A stretch of DNA of 64,000 nt from Takakia lepidozioides (Eukaryota; Plantae; Bryophyta). Location: NCBI GenBank assembly GCA_030704615.1, contig CM060734.1:12648001-12712000 (forward strand), read 5' to 3'. Below the pieces are notes generated by a model. That model was not told the DNA's origin, did not search any database, and was given only the letters and a program-made list of their open reading frames with translations. How positions within the stretch are numbered: position 1 is the stretch's first letter; every line of letters begins with the position of its first letter. Position numbers and translations under genes: made by a program. This document shows, in pieces, positions 25,801-37,006 of the stretch.

Positions 25801-27330
25801 GAGGGAAGAAGAAACACGGTGGTGATTCCCTTGGTGTGAGACGAGAGCTCCAAGCCCGAAACCGTATGCCACGACTATGGCCTGAAGCTGATGGTGTGGA
25901 CGTGAACAATGCTCCCAAGTGAAAGTATAGGGCGCCAACTTGGACTTGGACAAAGGAGGAATACAAGCAAGTGCGGACCACAATACGAGCTATCCGGACC
26001 CCGACCGGGTATGGCGCATCTCTACGCAACAAATTTGAGGATGCCCCCACTATCCATGGTTTGAAGTCTCATGACTACCACAACATTTTGCAAGATATCC
26101 TTCCCATTGCAATACGATGGACACTCCATGAGGGCATTCAAAAAGCCATCTATCAACTTGCTGATTTATTCCATTGGCTTTGCACAAAAGAGATGGACGA
26201 GGCGGATTTTCCACGAATGAAGGAGGTGCCTGCCACGGTCTTGTGTATATTGGAGATGCATCTTTCCCCTAATTTCTTTGACATCCAAGTGCATTTGGTA
26301 GTGCACTTGGTGGAAGAGGCGGAGATTGCCAGGCCGGTCCATGCTTGGTGGATGTACTTTCTAGAGCGTTACATGAAGGAGGTTAAGGCACACGTGCGGC
26401 AAAAGGCACATCCCGAGGGTAGCATGGCGGAGAGGTACACATTGCAAGAGGCTATGGTGTTATGTACGGAGTACATGAGAAGGGTGGACAAAGAGGCCCT
26501 TCCAATGTGGAAGGAAGAGGATGATGTGCGGAACAAGGACATGGTTTTGCCCAAAAAATCAAGGAGGGTGAAACTATCGAACACCGAGGTGGAGCAAGCA
26601 CATGACTTTGTATTGAAGAACACCCCTTGCATAGTGGAGTGGGAGGCGAGACATGCGGATGAGAATGCACGGCGGTTGGAAGCAAGTACAATTTGGAGAC
26701 GCACACGTGCGAGGGAATTGGGTCGAGCCTCACGAGGACGGCGCGAATCTAGGATCATGGCCCCATTGGGGGCGCATGATTTGCCCACGGAGATGCAGCC
26801 ATTGAGACCATTTCGCCATTGGCTCCGGAGTGGAGTTGAGGCTACGGGCCGCAGGCGAGGTGGTGCCGCCTTTAGTGCAAGAGCTTGCGAGAGGGCCATC
26901 TCAATATGCCATTTCATTCTCCTCAATTTGGATTCATGGTCGTCATTTCCGCATCCGCTCTCTTGACATGCGTCGGAAGACCACATTTGACTCTGGTTTG
27001 TGTGCAACATATTGGCAAGACTCCGTGTCAAGCACAAGGGACATTCAACCCGAGAGAAGCAAGCTTGTATATATTGGGGAGCTTGATGCCATTTTGCAAC
27101 TCGAGTATGATCACCATTGCCCTATTCTTTTCAAGGGGAGGTGGTTCCAACCCCACATTGCAGGGCCAAATGCAACCCTCTTGCATGATGAGTGTGGCTT
27201 CATGCGGGTCAACACTTCCAGGATCACGCCCTCTACACACATCTCCGATGAACCATTTGCATGGCCGAAGGACATGGAACAAGTCTTTTTTTCCGAAGAC
27301 AAGACTAGATCGGGCAATGGGAAGGTGGTT
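22846..27330 (+). pseudogene. Second CACTA TnpD transposase (multi-exon, stops and deletions), head-to-head with host element 1
   Basis: HACPCDRTLY..CPKCKKSRY, HYFPLIPRLK, DVYLRPLVDELKILW, LLWTMHDYPG, SIFYELPYWE, IRHLLDPMHIEKNV, GLKSHDYH, FFDIQVHLVVHLVEE, DEPFAWPKDMEQVFF; stops near 25318 and 25920. Confidence 0.92.
23538..24475. mobile_element. Non-autonomous TIR element (938 bp) in a TnpD intron, apparent 4-bp TSD CCTT
   Basis: GGGTCAAAGCACACTAAT vs reverse complement of right end GGGTGAAAGCATGCTAAT (15/18); CCTT at 23534-23537 and 24476-24479. Confidence 0.65.
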
Positions 27331-27905
27331 GTGCATGCTAGGCTTCCCTTATTTGCACTCCAAGGTTGAGTTCTCTTCAACTTCATGCACTCTTCATAGA
27401 GAGTTCTCCAACAGTGACCCAAGATTTTTTATTTTTTATTTTTTTTTCAATTTTTTTGGGTCCAGTCTTTTGCATGGATGTAGTGGTACGAGGGTTGAAT
27501 TCAAAGAACAAAATAGAGCCAAAAATAAAATCATTACACCCCTCAAGCACATGTGGGCAAAAGATGAGCTTGAACCACATCCGTTCAATGGGTGCAATAC
27601 CCGTTCACCCATGAGAGGATTTTCTTTCGCAATAAATAAAATTGGTATATGACAGGGTGAATGCGTCCTTGGGGGGCAAATGATTTTGTTTTAATGTTGT
27701 GAAATTTTGCATTCGTGTTGCGCACATATTGCAGCACCTACGGACGAAGGATGAGCTTCCTCAAAATTGAATGAAAGGTCAAACCAACAATTGCCCATCG
27801 AAATGATTTTAGCTTCTTTCCAAAGGTCTGGGTATGTTTTACACACCAAACAAATGATTTTAGTTTGTTATGAGACTTTGTCAGTATGTTTTATATACCA
27901 CCAAA

Positions 27906-29066
27906 CACTACAGGAAAAGGGGGGGTTTTTCGACGCCGCGACGTCGTAAAATAGCCATTTTCAGGCAGGGGGGAGAACCAAATTTGCGACGCCCGGCCCG
28001 TCGCAAGGACGTCGTAAAAACAACGTCGCAAATTTGCGACCAATGGGGCTCACAAAAAGGTGAAACAGCGATTTGCGACGCCCGGACGTCGTTAAATTAA
28101 ATAAATAAATAAATAAATAAAAACCCTACTCTGCATTGCAGAATTAGCACCATCCGGGGGGTCACAAAGTGCGACGCCCGGACGTCGCAATTTAAGGGGG
28201 TACATTTGAATTTAGGCGGGAAAATTTGAATTTGAAATTTAAATTTCAAAAACTTGTTGACCATTAACTCCGACGTTGACCATTGACTCCGGTTCTGTCT
28301 AATGGCGATATATTCATTGTTCTACATATATCATGCAATACATACTTGAACCTAAGACCTCCACGTTATAACATTTCTAAGACACTACAGACTAACCAAC
28401 ACACCTACGCTACATCTATATATCACAAAAGCAATATATATATATATATATATATATAAAGATTTCATTCAAGTTCCTTCTAAGGGGGTTCCTCTTGTGA
28501 CGCCTAGGAGTTGCAACCTCCACAGCCTTAGTGCCCAGCCCCAGCCCCAGCCCCAGCGTCGTCGCCGTTGTTGCACCCCCCCCACCGCCAGGCGCCCCAA
28601 GGGACGTCCTTGTGATGACCTTTGCACCCCCTGGCGTCGCAGCGTTGGCCGTCCCAGAGTGGGGCGCCCCCAGCGACGCTTTTGTGAGGTTAAGGCTGCA
28701 AGCCCAAAAAAAAAAAAAAAAAAAACCAACTCTCATTGTGGTGATGCTATTGCGACGCCCTGGCGTCGCAGAGGCGCTGGGGCGCCCTCAGTGACGATTT
28801 TGCGAAGCCGAGGCATCGCAACGTCATATTTATTTATTTATTTATTTTGAATTTGGCATCGCAAGAAAAAAAATCCGTCGCAGCGAGGGCCCTCTTTCCC
28901 CCTTCATGCCACCTTGCGACGGCTAGGCGTCGCAATGGTATCACAGTGGAGGATTGCGACGCCGGGGCGTCGCAAAAAGCGCCGCGGGCTCGGCGTCGCG
29001 GACTCAGCGCCGCGCGGGGAGTGGGGGCGCGGCTGGCGTCACAAACCCCCCCCATTTGCCGTAGTG
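27906..29066. mobile_element. Complete non-autonomous CACTA element (1161 bp)
   Basis: TIRs CACTACAGGAAAAGGGGGGGTTTTTCGACGCC / CACTACGGCAAATGGGGGGGGTTTGTGACGCC; TSD AAA on both sides; many GCGACGCC/GGCGTCGC subterminal repeats. Confidence 0.9.
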
Positions 29067-29330
29067 AAACATGTGTTGAACAAGTATTAGATGAATCAAA
29101 ATGGATTGAAAGGTGGAACTTTTTGTCTGAGTGCTTGAGTCAGTTTCGGTAGTTATGCTGACAATTTCTTCAATGATTTTGGGCATTTCTTCTTCACCGT
29201 CGCTATCAGCAATCTCTAAGACCATGCATCCGTCTGGAGTGTAACATTCTTTGTAGACACGGTGGCAGTCGGTGGACTGGGGGTTTCGCTTGCTATTCCG
29301 AGATTTCCCATCAAGTTTGGTTGTTGTTAT

Positions 29331-29772
29331 CTAGTCCGCAAAATGATTGAGCACACGGACCAGCCATAGTCGGTCACAGGGGTCTTGAAGGGTGACTGTT
29401 TCTTTGAACTTATTGCCATGCCGATGCACGAACTCTGCGGGAAGCTCCTGGACAAACCATAAGGCGAAGATCGGATGGGTCATTGTCATAATCAGATAGG
29501 GCGCCGATTCAAAACACATCTACATATGATTAGACTAAAACTGAACTTGGTGAGTTTGGAAGCCGTACCAGAGTCCAACGACTACGATGCCTCACCGAGT
29601 CTTGTCTGAAGCAATTGGAGGTGGTCAGAGTTCGGGTAAATGAGGAAGATCCAAGATTGGCTACCTTCTCCCTCCCGATTTCATAGCCTCTACAATTTGT
29701 GCTGGTGTCGTTGGTGAAGGTTTTCAAGCGCTTCCTACCTTCGATGTGGCAGCCATCGTTCATCTCCTTCAT
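29331..29772 (-). pseudogene. B3 DNA-binding-domain-like remnant (two exons)
   Basis: SFTRTLTTSNC...WTL|gt..ag|ELPAEFVHRHGNKFKETVTLQDPCDRLWLVRV resembles the B3 pattern F.K.LT.S...L.LP..FV......VTL.D...W.V; early stop. Confidence 0.5.
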
Positions 29773-30150
29773 TCTTGTAGCACTCTATCCACGATGGCAC
29801 GCAAAATTCTCCTCTTGTTACTGTTAATATGACGGCTAGGCAAATCATTACACAATGTTTCACCATGCTCAATCACTTTCCTGCCCAAGTGTTCCAGAGC
29901 TCTTTCATCATGAATATAAGATGTTCACATTTGTAACAACCTACTGATGAAGGACTTCACTTCATTCCCAGTCATGACTATGTCATCCATCCCAATGGGC
30001 TCACAAAGGAACATTTCCACATGAACCTCAACACCATGAGCCCAACGTAAAAGAAATGAGCCATTTCAAATTCTGATTGACTCTTTCTCTCATCAGACTG
30101 TTTCTAAACAATAAACCTTTTGGCGACTTCATATGGTATGGGTTGTGTAG

Positions 30151-30772
30151 TTTACCAGCTCATCAATCATCATCATCATCATCATAATCATCATCATCAA
30201 GTCATTAATCATCATCATCAATCATCAATCATCACGCAATTGAACACCAAAAGCTTCAACGATCGTTGGTCTACCGTGGAGACAGTGCAAATAACAATGC
30301 AAGCATTCTCTATGCATTCCATCTCCAACCATTCCAGTGGTGAAAAGGGGCATCGGCGTGAGATCCTTTTAGAACATTTGGCCCATTCTTCAACTCGTCA
30401 TTGTAGAATTGGATATTAAGGAAGTGGCAGATTGCATGACGCATGTGATACGTGTTTCTAAGGGCAGACGTGTCATGTAGAATATGACATTTCTTCTCCA
30501 GTAATTTGGGTACAGCAAAAGTCTTGAATGATAAGATTAATATAGAGTATAATTTTGTGCAAAAAAAATATTCTATTGTACGCTCTTGGCATATCTATCA
30601 ACAAGCATCCACAAGGGCCTTGTGACTGTTTACCAGCATCAATCATCAATCATCAATCATCACGCAATTGAACACCGAAAGCTTCAACGATCGTTGGTCT
30701 GCCATGGAGACAAAGCAAAAAAGAAGGCAAGCATTTTCCATGCATTCCATCTCTAGCCATTCCAGTGATGAA
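30151..30772 (+). repeat. Local duplication (30151-30345 vs 30628-30772) with (CAT)n/(CAATCAT)n microsatellite
   Basis: Shared TTTACCAGC..ATCAATCATC..ACGCAATTGAACACC.AAAGCTTCAACGATCGTTGGTCT...GCAAGCATT...ATGCATTCCATCTC. Confidence 0.85.
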
Positions 30773-31674
30773 GCTGTAGAAGGAGGGAACATGCCATATC
30801 CAGGCTCTAAGCTCATAATTTCAAGAAATAGATCTCTGTCAATTCAGAATATAGCTCAGTGCCATAATTTCGTAGTTTTCTGAATCCGTTGTTGTCTTTG
30901 TTGGAAAACTCTGCAGCGTCTTTGCATTCCAGAGTCTGCCAAATTCTGGGTCATGAAGTGGGGCAGAAGGTGGAATCTGGTGTGGACAACTCCCAAGATT
31001 CCTACACCCATTTCAGAGAACAAGATTGAGGTACACGTCAGGCCATCCAAATTTTCAGATACCCACTGTATGTGTATAAAGCAGTTTATTGGACCTATAT
31101 TTGTGGTAGCAAGAGCTAACACCTATTGTCCATCAGAAGTCGTCCATTGAACCAATATTGTATCATTTTAATCTGTCACTATGATCAAACATGTTTGGGG
31201 TTTGATAGGGATTGCACGCAGGCAAACTTCAATTCTAGTGCACGGTTTGCAGCGTTGGGGAACGGCTTCTACGTATACACAATTGCATTTCATTTCTCAG
31301 TGCAATGGCAACCCAACATAGATGGCATGAAGGTGCTATTGCTATTTTCAGGGATGGGGGGGATGGGATATAGCCCTCCACAAATCAGGCATAAAGCTCA
31401 AGGTAGTGGTTTCTACTCAGATCATTGAAGGTACCCGTCATTGCATTCAGGGTTGGTGGGAAGCAAGCAAGCATACTGGTGTTCATGTGACTTTGCTTAT
31501 GTGATCTGCACATACTTAAGCATGTGTGGACCAAAGATGAGCTTGAACCAAGTTCATTCAATGGGTCATTCAAGTGATGAACGCAACTACATGTCGTAGA
31601 GACGGAAAACTGTGTTTCGCCTACACATGATTTTTTTTTAGTTCCATTCTCCAGCCATATGCTTAATGACAGTG

Positions 31675-34425
31675 GTTCAAATCTGGTCGTAGTCTATGTG
31701 GAAAAAAAATGATTGGATATGGCTTGCTTCATATATTGATGCACTTGGACTTAGATGACACTGGACACTTGGGCCAACGGTACAGGCTACCCTAGCCAGT
31801 TTGTTTGTTTGTTTTGTTTTGTTTTGTTTTGTAGTGTTGAGATCTCCCAAACCGCCGGGCCCCAATGCCGGTGCTTGGTCCCGTTGGAAAGCCCTCGAGG
31901 AGGAGGGGTGCACCGGCTTGGTCTCAGAATTTTTGGACCTGCGGTGTAGGAGATGTGGAATTTCAACTACTTTGGGTCGCTGGAAATTCGCGAAAAGTAG
32001 CAAAGTGGGCATTCCTGGAACAATGGTTGGAGCCTCGACGGGAGAGATATCAAGGGAAAGGTCTCCGGTTCAAATCTGGTCGTAGGCTCTGTGAAAAAAA
32101 AAAAAGATGAGATATGGCTAAAACGAATTTCAAGTACTTTTGGTCGTTGGAAATTCACGAAAAATAGCAAAGTGGGCTTTCCTGGGACAATGATTGGAGC
32201 CTCGACATCAGATATATCAATAATGATTGGATGTATTACTACTCAATAAATTCATGTAAAAAATTAAATTGGGCCTTGAGATGGGAGATGAACTAAGATA
32301 CTTAGGAGATTGCACCTGGGCTTAGATGACACCGGACACTTGGGCCTCTACAAAAAGATGCATTTGGATACATGAATAGAAGATTGCACTTGGGCTTAAA
32401 TGGGCCTCGACATAGGAGACGCACTTGCATACATAGGAAATTGCACTTGGTCTTAGGTTTCAATTCTTCACACATGGGCCAAAGACGTAGGCTACACTAG
32501 GGGTCGCACTGGGGCCTCAACATAGGAGACGCACTGGGATACATAAGAAATTGTACTTGGTCTTAAATTTCAATTTCTCACACACATGGGCCAAAGGCAC
32601 ATGCTACCGTAGAGGTCGCACTTGGGCCTCGACATAGAGGACGCACTGGGATACATAGAAGATCTTACACTTGGGCTTAGATGACAGTGGACCCTTGGGC
32701 TTAGATGACACTGGACACTTGGGCCAACGGCACAGGTTAACCTAGTCAATATATGAAGCGAGACCTTTGTTTTGTTTTGTCACGTTGAGATGTCCCAAAC
32801 CGCGGGCCCCAGCCTTGGTCCGTGGTACCATTGGAAAGCCCTTGGTGAGGAGGGGTGCACGGGCTTGGTCTCATGATTTTTGGACATGCGGTGTGGGAGA
32901 TGTCGAATTTCAAGTACTTTTGGTCGCTGGAAATTCGCAAAAAATAGGAAAGTGGGCTTTCCTGGCACAATGATCGGAGCCTCGACGGGAGAGATATCAA
33001 GGAAAAGGTCTCCGGTTCAAATCAGATCGTAGATTCCGTGGAAAAAAAAAGCTTAGACTTGGATGACATTGGACTCTGTGGAAAAAAACGATGAGATATG
33101 GCTAAAACAAATTTCAAACTTACTTTTGGTCGATGCACAATGATTAGAGCCTCGATAGGAGAGATATCAAGGGGAAGGTCTCTAGTTCAAATTTGGTCAT
33201 AGGCTATGTAGAAAAAAAAATGATTAGATATGGCTTGCTTCATATATTGATGCACTTGGATTTAGATGACATTGGACACTTAGGCCAACGGCACAGGCTA
33301 CCCTAGAGGACGCAGTTGGCCCTCCACATAGGAGATGCACTTGGATATATGGGAGATTGCACTTGGGCTTAGATGACACTGGACACTTGGGCCAACGGCA
33401 CAGGCTACCCTAGTCAATATATAAAGCGAGACGTTTGTTTTGTTTTGTTTTGTCACGTTGAGATGTCCCAAACCGCGAGGCCCCAGCCCTGGTGCTTAGT
33501 ACCGTTGGAAAGCCCTCGACGAGGAGGGGTGCACGGGCTTGGTCTCATGATTTTTGGACCTGTGGTGTGGGGGATGTGGAATTTCAAGTACTTTGGGTCG
33601 CTGGAAATTCGCGAAAAAATAGCAAAGTGGGCATTCCTAGACAATGGTTGGAGCCTCGACAGGAGAGATATTAAGGGAAAGGTCTCCGGTTCAAATCTGG
33701 TCGTAGGCTCTCTAGAAAAAAAAAAGCATTTGGACTTAAATGACATTGGACACTTGGGCCAACTTGGATATATTACTACTCAATAAATTCATGGAAAAAA
33801 ATTAATCGGGCCTTGACATGGGAGACGTACTTGGGTACATAGGAGATTGCACACTAGGCTTAGATGGGCCTCGACATGGGAGACGCACATGGGAGATGCC
33901 CTTGGATACATAGGAGACACACTTGGATACATATGAGGTTGCACTTGGGCCTCTACATGGAAGATGCACTTGGATACATAGAAGATTGCACTTGGGCTTA
34001 GATGGGCCTCGACATAGGAGACGCACTGGGATACATAGGAAATTACACTTGGTCTTAGATTTCAATTCTTTAGACATGGGCCAACCACACAGAGTACCCT
34101 AGAGGTCGCACTTGGGCCTCGACATAGGAGACGCTTGGATACATAGGAGATTGCACTTGGGCTTAGATGACACTTGACACTTGGGCCAACGGCACAGGCT
34201 ACCCTAGTATTGACATGAACCGAGACATTTGTTTTGTTTGTTTTGTAGCGTCGTTGAGATCTCCCAAACCGTGGGCCCCCAGCGCCGGTGCTTGGTGCCG
34301 TTGGAAAGCCCTCGACAAGGAGGGGTGCACGGGTTTGGTCTCATGATTTTGGGACCCGCGGTGTAGGAGATGTGGAAACAAGTACTTTTGGTCGCTGAAA
34401 ATTCACGAAAAATAGCAAAATGGGC
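31675..34425 (-). repeat. Complex satellite-like array 1 (about 300-bp core plus ~40-bp CACTTGGGC/ATACATAGGAG subrepeats)
   Basis: Repeated GGGAGAGATATCAAGGGAAAGGTCTCCGGTTCAAATCTGG and TTGGAAAGCCCTCG..GAGGGGTGCAC blocks; reverse complement of array 2; cut off by LINE at ~34426. Confidence 0.9.
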
Positions 34426-35890
34426 AAACACACCAACAAATGCCAAATGGTCCACATCCCCTCCTTCAGCTACCACCTGGGGTAACGCCCCTAGCCGCTA
34501 TCGACCCTGGTCAGCTCCAATTCTCCCGTACCCCGCCCCTTCCCACATACCTCAAACACAGAGAACCCACCTTAACCCTCATACTGCTAGTTCATCGCCC
34601 TACCATTGCTACCTTCATACCCACAAATTTCCCATCCCCCCTTACATGCCTCCTTACAAATACACATAACATGAAGATTACCACTTTCCCTACCCTACTC
34701 CCCTCCCCAGCACCCTTCGCCCCCTTCCCAACATTAAAGTCTCTAAAGCATGGTCCCAAATGCTTACCCGCCCACCCATCCCCCCTACCGTATCCAGTAT
34801 CACCGAACCTCCGTATCCCAAGAAGATCTCCCTCTTAAATACCGACCTGCTCACTCCCACTAGACGGATGGCTCCCTCATTGTTGGCCCCCGGGCTGGAT
34901 ATGGCATCTACCAAGCCGCTACCGACCAAGGCACTGCCTTACGCCTCCCCGGCCCGGCCACCATCCTCCGAGCCGAGCTCATGGCCATACATGACGCCAT
35001 CACCTAGCTCTCCTCATTCTCCCCGCCCCACTATATCTTTACCGACAGTCTCACCTCATTCTTCCTCATCCATAACCACCTCTCCCGCCCCTCCTCCCAC
35101 CACTACCACTCTGACCGGAACCTCATCTCTGCCATTGCTCATCTTGCCATCCATTAACCAGCCCATCTACTTTATCAAAGTCCGTTCACACACTGGCATC
35201 ACTTGCAACAAAATGGCTGACTTCTATGCCCAACGTGGGGCCGCCTGCCCAGAGGTGAACCCTATGACAGATCCTATACACGTCGCCCATACACACCCAT
35301 TTTGGTTCATCCACCCCGTCCCAGGCCAGATATACTCCTAATACAGGGGCTGCCCATAAACGCCCCACCACCTAACATCCCATCTCCTGAACTTACCATA
35401 CACTTCATCAAATTTACATATTATAATGATCGCTACCCAGCCTCCTCCATTTTAGAAAAATGCCAAAAATACGCCCCACTCATCCTAGCCATCCGCCGCC
35501 GTGGCTGGTCCACCGGCCCCCTACCAGTCATTACTGCGGGCTCTAGAGGTGGTATCCAGAAAGCCGGTATCTCTGCCCACCACAATAATTTCAAAATTCC
35601 ATTTTCCCCTATACACAAATGCTTCAAAGCTATCCACCTGACTGCGCTACGCTCCCTCACCACTATTATTACCAATAAAAGGCAGCTTGAATCACATACT
35701 TCTCTGGCCCCTTGATACCCCACATACCCCAGGGCTACCCCTTGGGGTTCCCTCCAGATCCACAAGACCATGGTTTACGGGGTGCCCTCCGGGCACCCAC
35801 CAGCTTTTTATAGGGTCCACCCTCGAAAGGGGGCAGTAGCCGCAAGGCGAAGTGGCTCTTAGTTACGCCGGCTTCGGTCGGAGTCATCTC
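34426..35890 (+). mobile_element. Non-LTR retrotransposon 3' remnant: RNase H, restriction-like-endonuclease-type C-terminus and structured 3' end
   Basis: Across frames TDGS..RAELMAI..YIFTDSLTS..FIKVRSHTG..NKMADFYA (RNase H D/E/D/H/D), then IKFTYYNDRYP..KCQKYAPL...RRGW....VITAGSRGGI. Confidence 0.8.
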
Positions 35891-35899
35891 TCTTTGAAA

Positions 35900-36985
35900 G
35901 AAATGTGAAAACTTTGTTTATATGGTAGAGCCGGTGCTAATCGTCTTGCGAGAGTTTGATGGAAAGCAACCAGTAATGGGCAAAGCATGGTTACTAATGC
36001 AAAATCTTGAGAAGCATGTCCAATCCCTGAGGCATCCTCCATTCTCCTTGGAACCTGAACTTGCAGACAATGCTGAGGATGCATTTTACAACCGTCGGTC
36101 TATGGTTCGAACGGACTTGCATTATGCAGGGGCTTTGTTCAATCCATTCTTGCTCGACAATACCTTGCTCCGAGACGACGCTGATGCCAAGGCCGGCCTC
36201 GTACGAGTGCTCATGCGATTGGTTCCTTTGAACATGATAGAGAGAGCTATATCCGAGTACCAATGCTTCTCAGATCGCCGCGACCCTTTCGTGGACATGC
36301 CGGATCCGAAAGAGCTCAACATGTTGCCGTGCATGAATGGTGGGATTTGATTGGAGCTGGAGCAAGAACATTAGCTCTCATTGCGAAGCGTATTCTTGCC
36401 CAAGTGTGCTCTACCTCATCTTGCGAACGCAATTGATACAGTTACTCATTTGTTCACAACAAGATTCGCAACAGGTTGAATCCCGTGAGGGCTGACAAAT
36501 TGGTATATGTGTATATCAATTGCCGACTGCTACGTGAGAGGGCAGCGGATGATGCTGCAGCATGGTACGAGAGGAACTTGTATTCCAAAGACTCCGCTTC
36601 TGAGGTAGATTCAACGAGTGACAATACTGAGACTCAAAGGGATTTATCTCAGAGGGAGTCATCTGCGTCCGATAGTGGAGATGGGTCCGATGATGCTCTC
36701 GACAATGCGTATGATCCGTTTACATTCACAGAGGACGATGCCTATATCCAGCCGACCTTTGATGACCTTCTTGAAGAAGTACGTATCGCAGATGAGGGTC
36801 ATGCTGCAATTGTGTCCTCCCCAGAACATGGTCTTCAAAATGAAGTTGGGGTCGACCCTCACCCCCCACTACACGCTGAAGCCACCGGCAGTGGCACAAT
36901 GGAGCTCAGGGGTGATGAACTACCAAGACCGAGTGACATACGCAACCCTGTTCATATAAACGATGGTTCCGAACCCATTGTATAG
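35900..36985 (+). mobile_element. hAT transposase C-terminal remnant (dimerisation domain)
   Basis: PVLIVLREFDGKQPVMG, LHYAGALFNP, then frameshifted HEWWDLIG..IAKRILAQVCSTSSCERN*..VHNKIRNRL...RADKLVYVYIN. Confidence 0.85.
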
Positions 36986-37006
36986 TCGACAAGACGGGAA
37001 GATGCC

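Noticed and set aside
35808-35890. Assignment to a known ribozyme class or an rRNA fragment (GCCGCAAGG resembles 16S rRNA)
   Set aside because: Core motifs of hammerhead (CUGANGA/GAAA), twister, HDV-like and hairpin ribozymes are not recognisable by eye; rRNA similarity is only about 10 nt.
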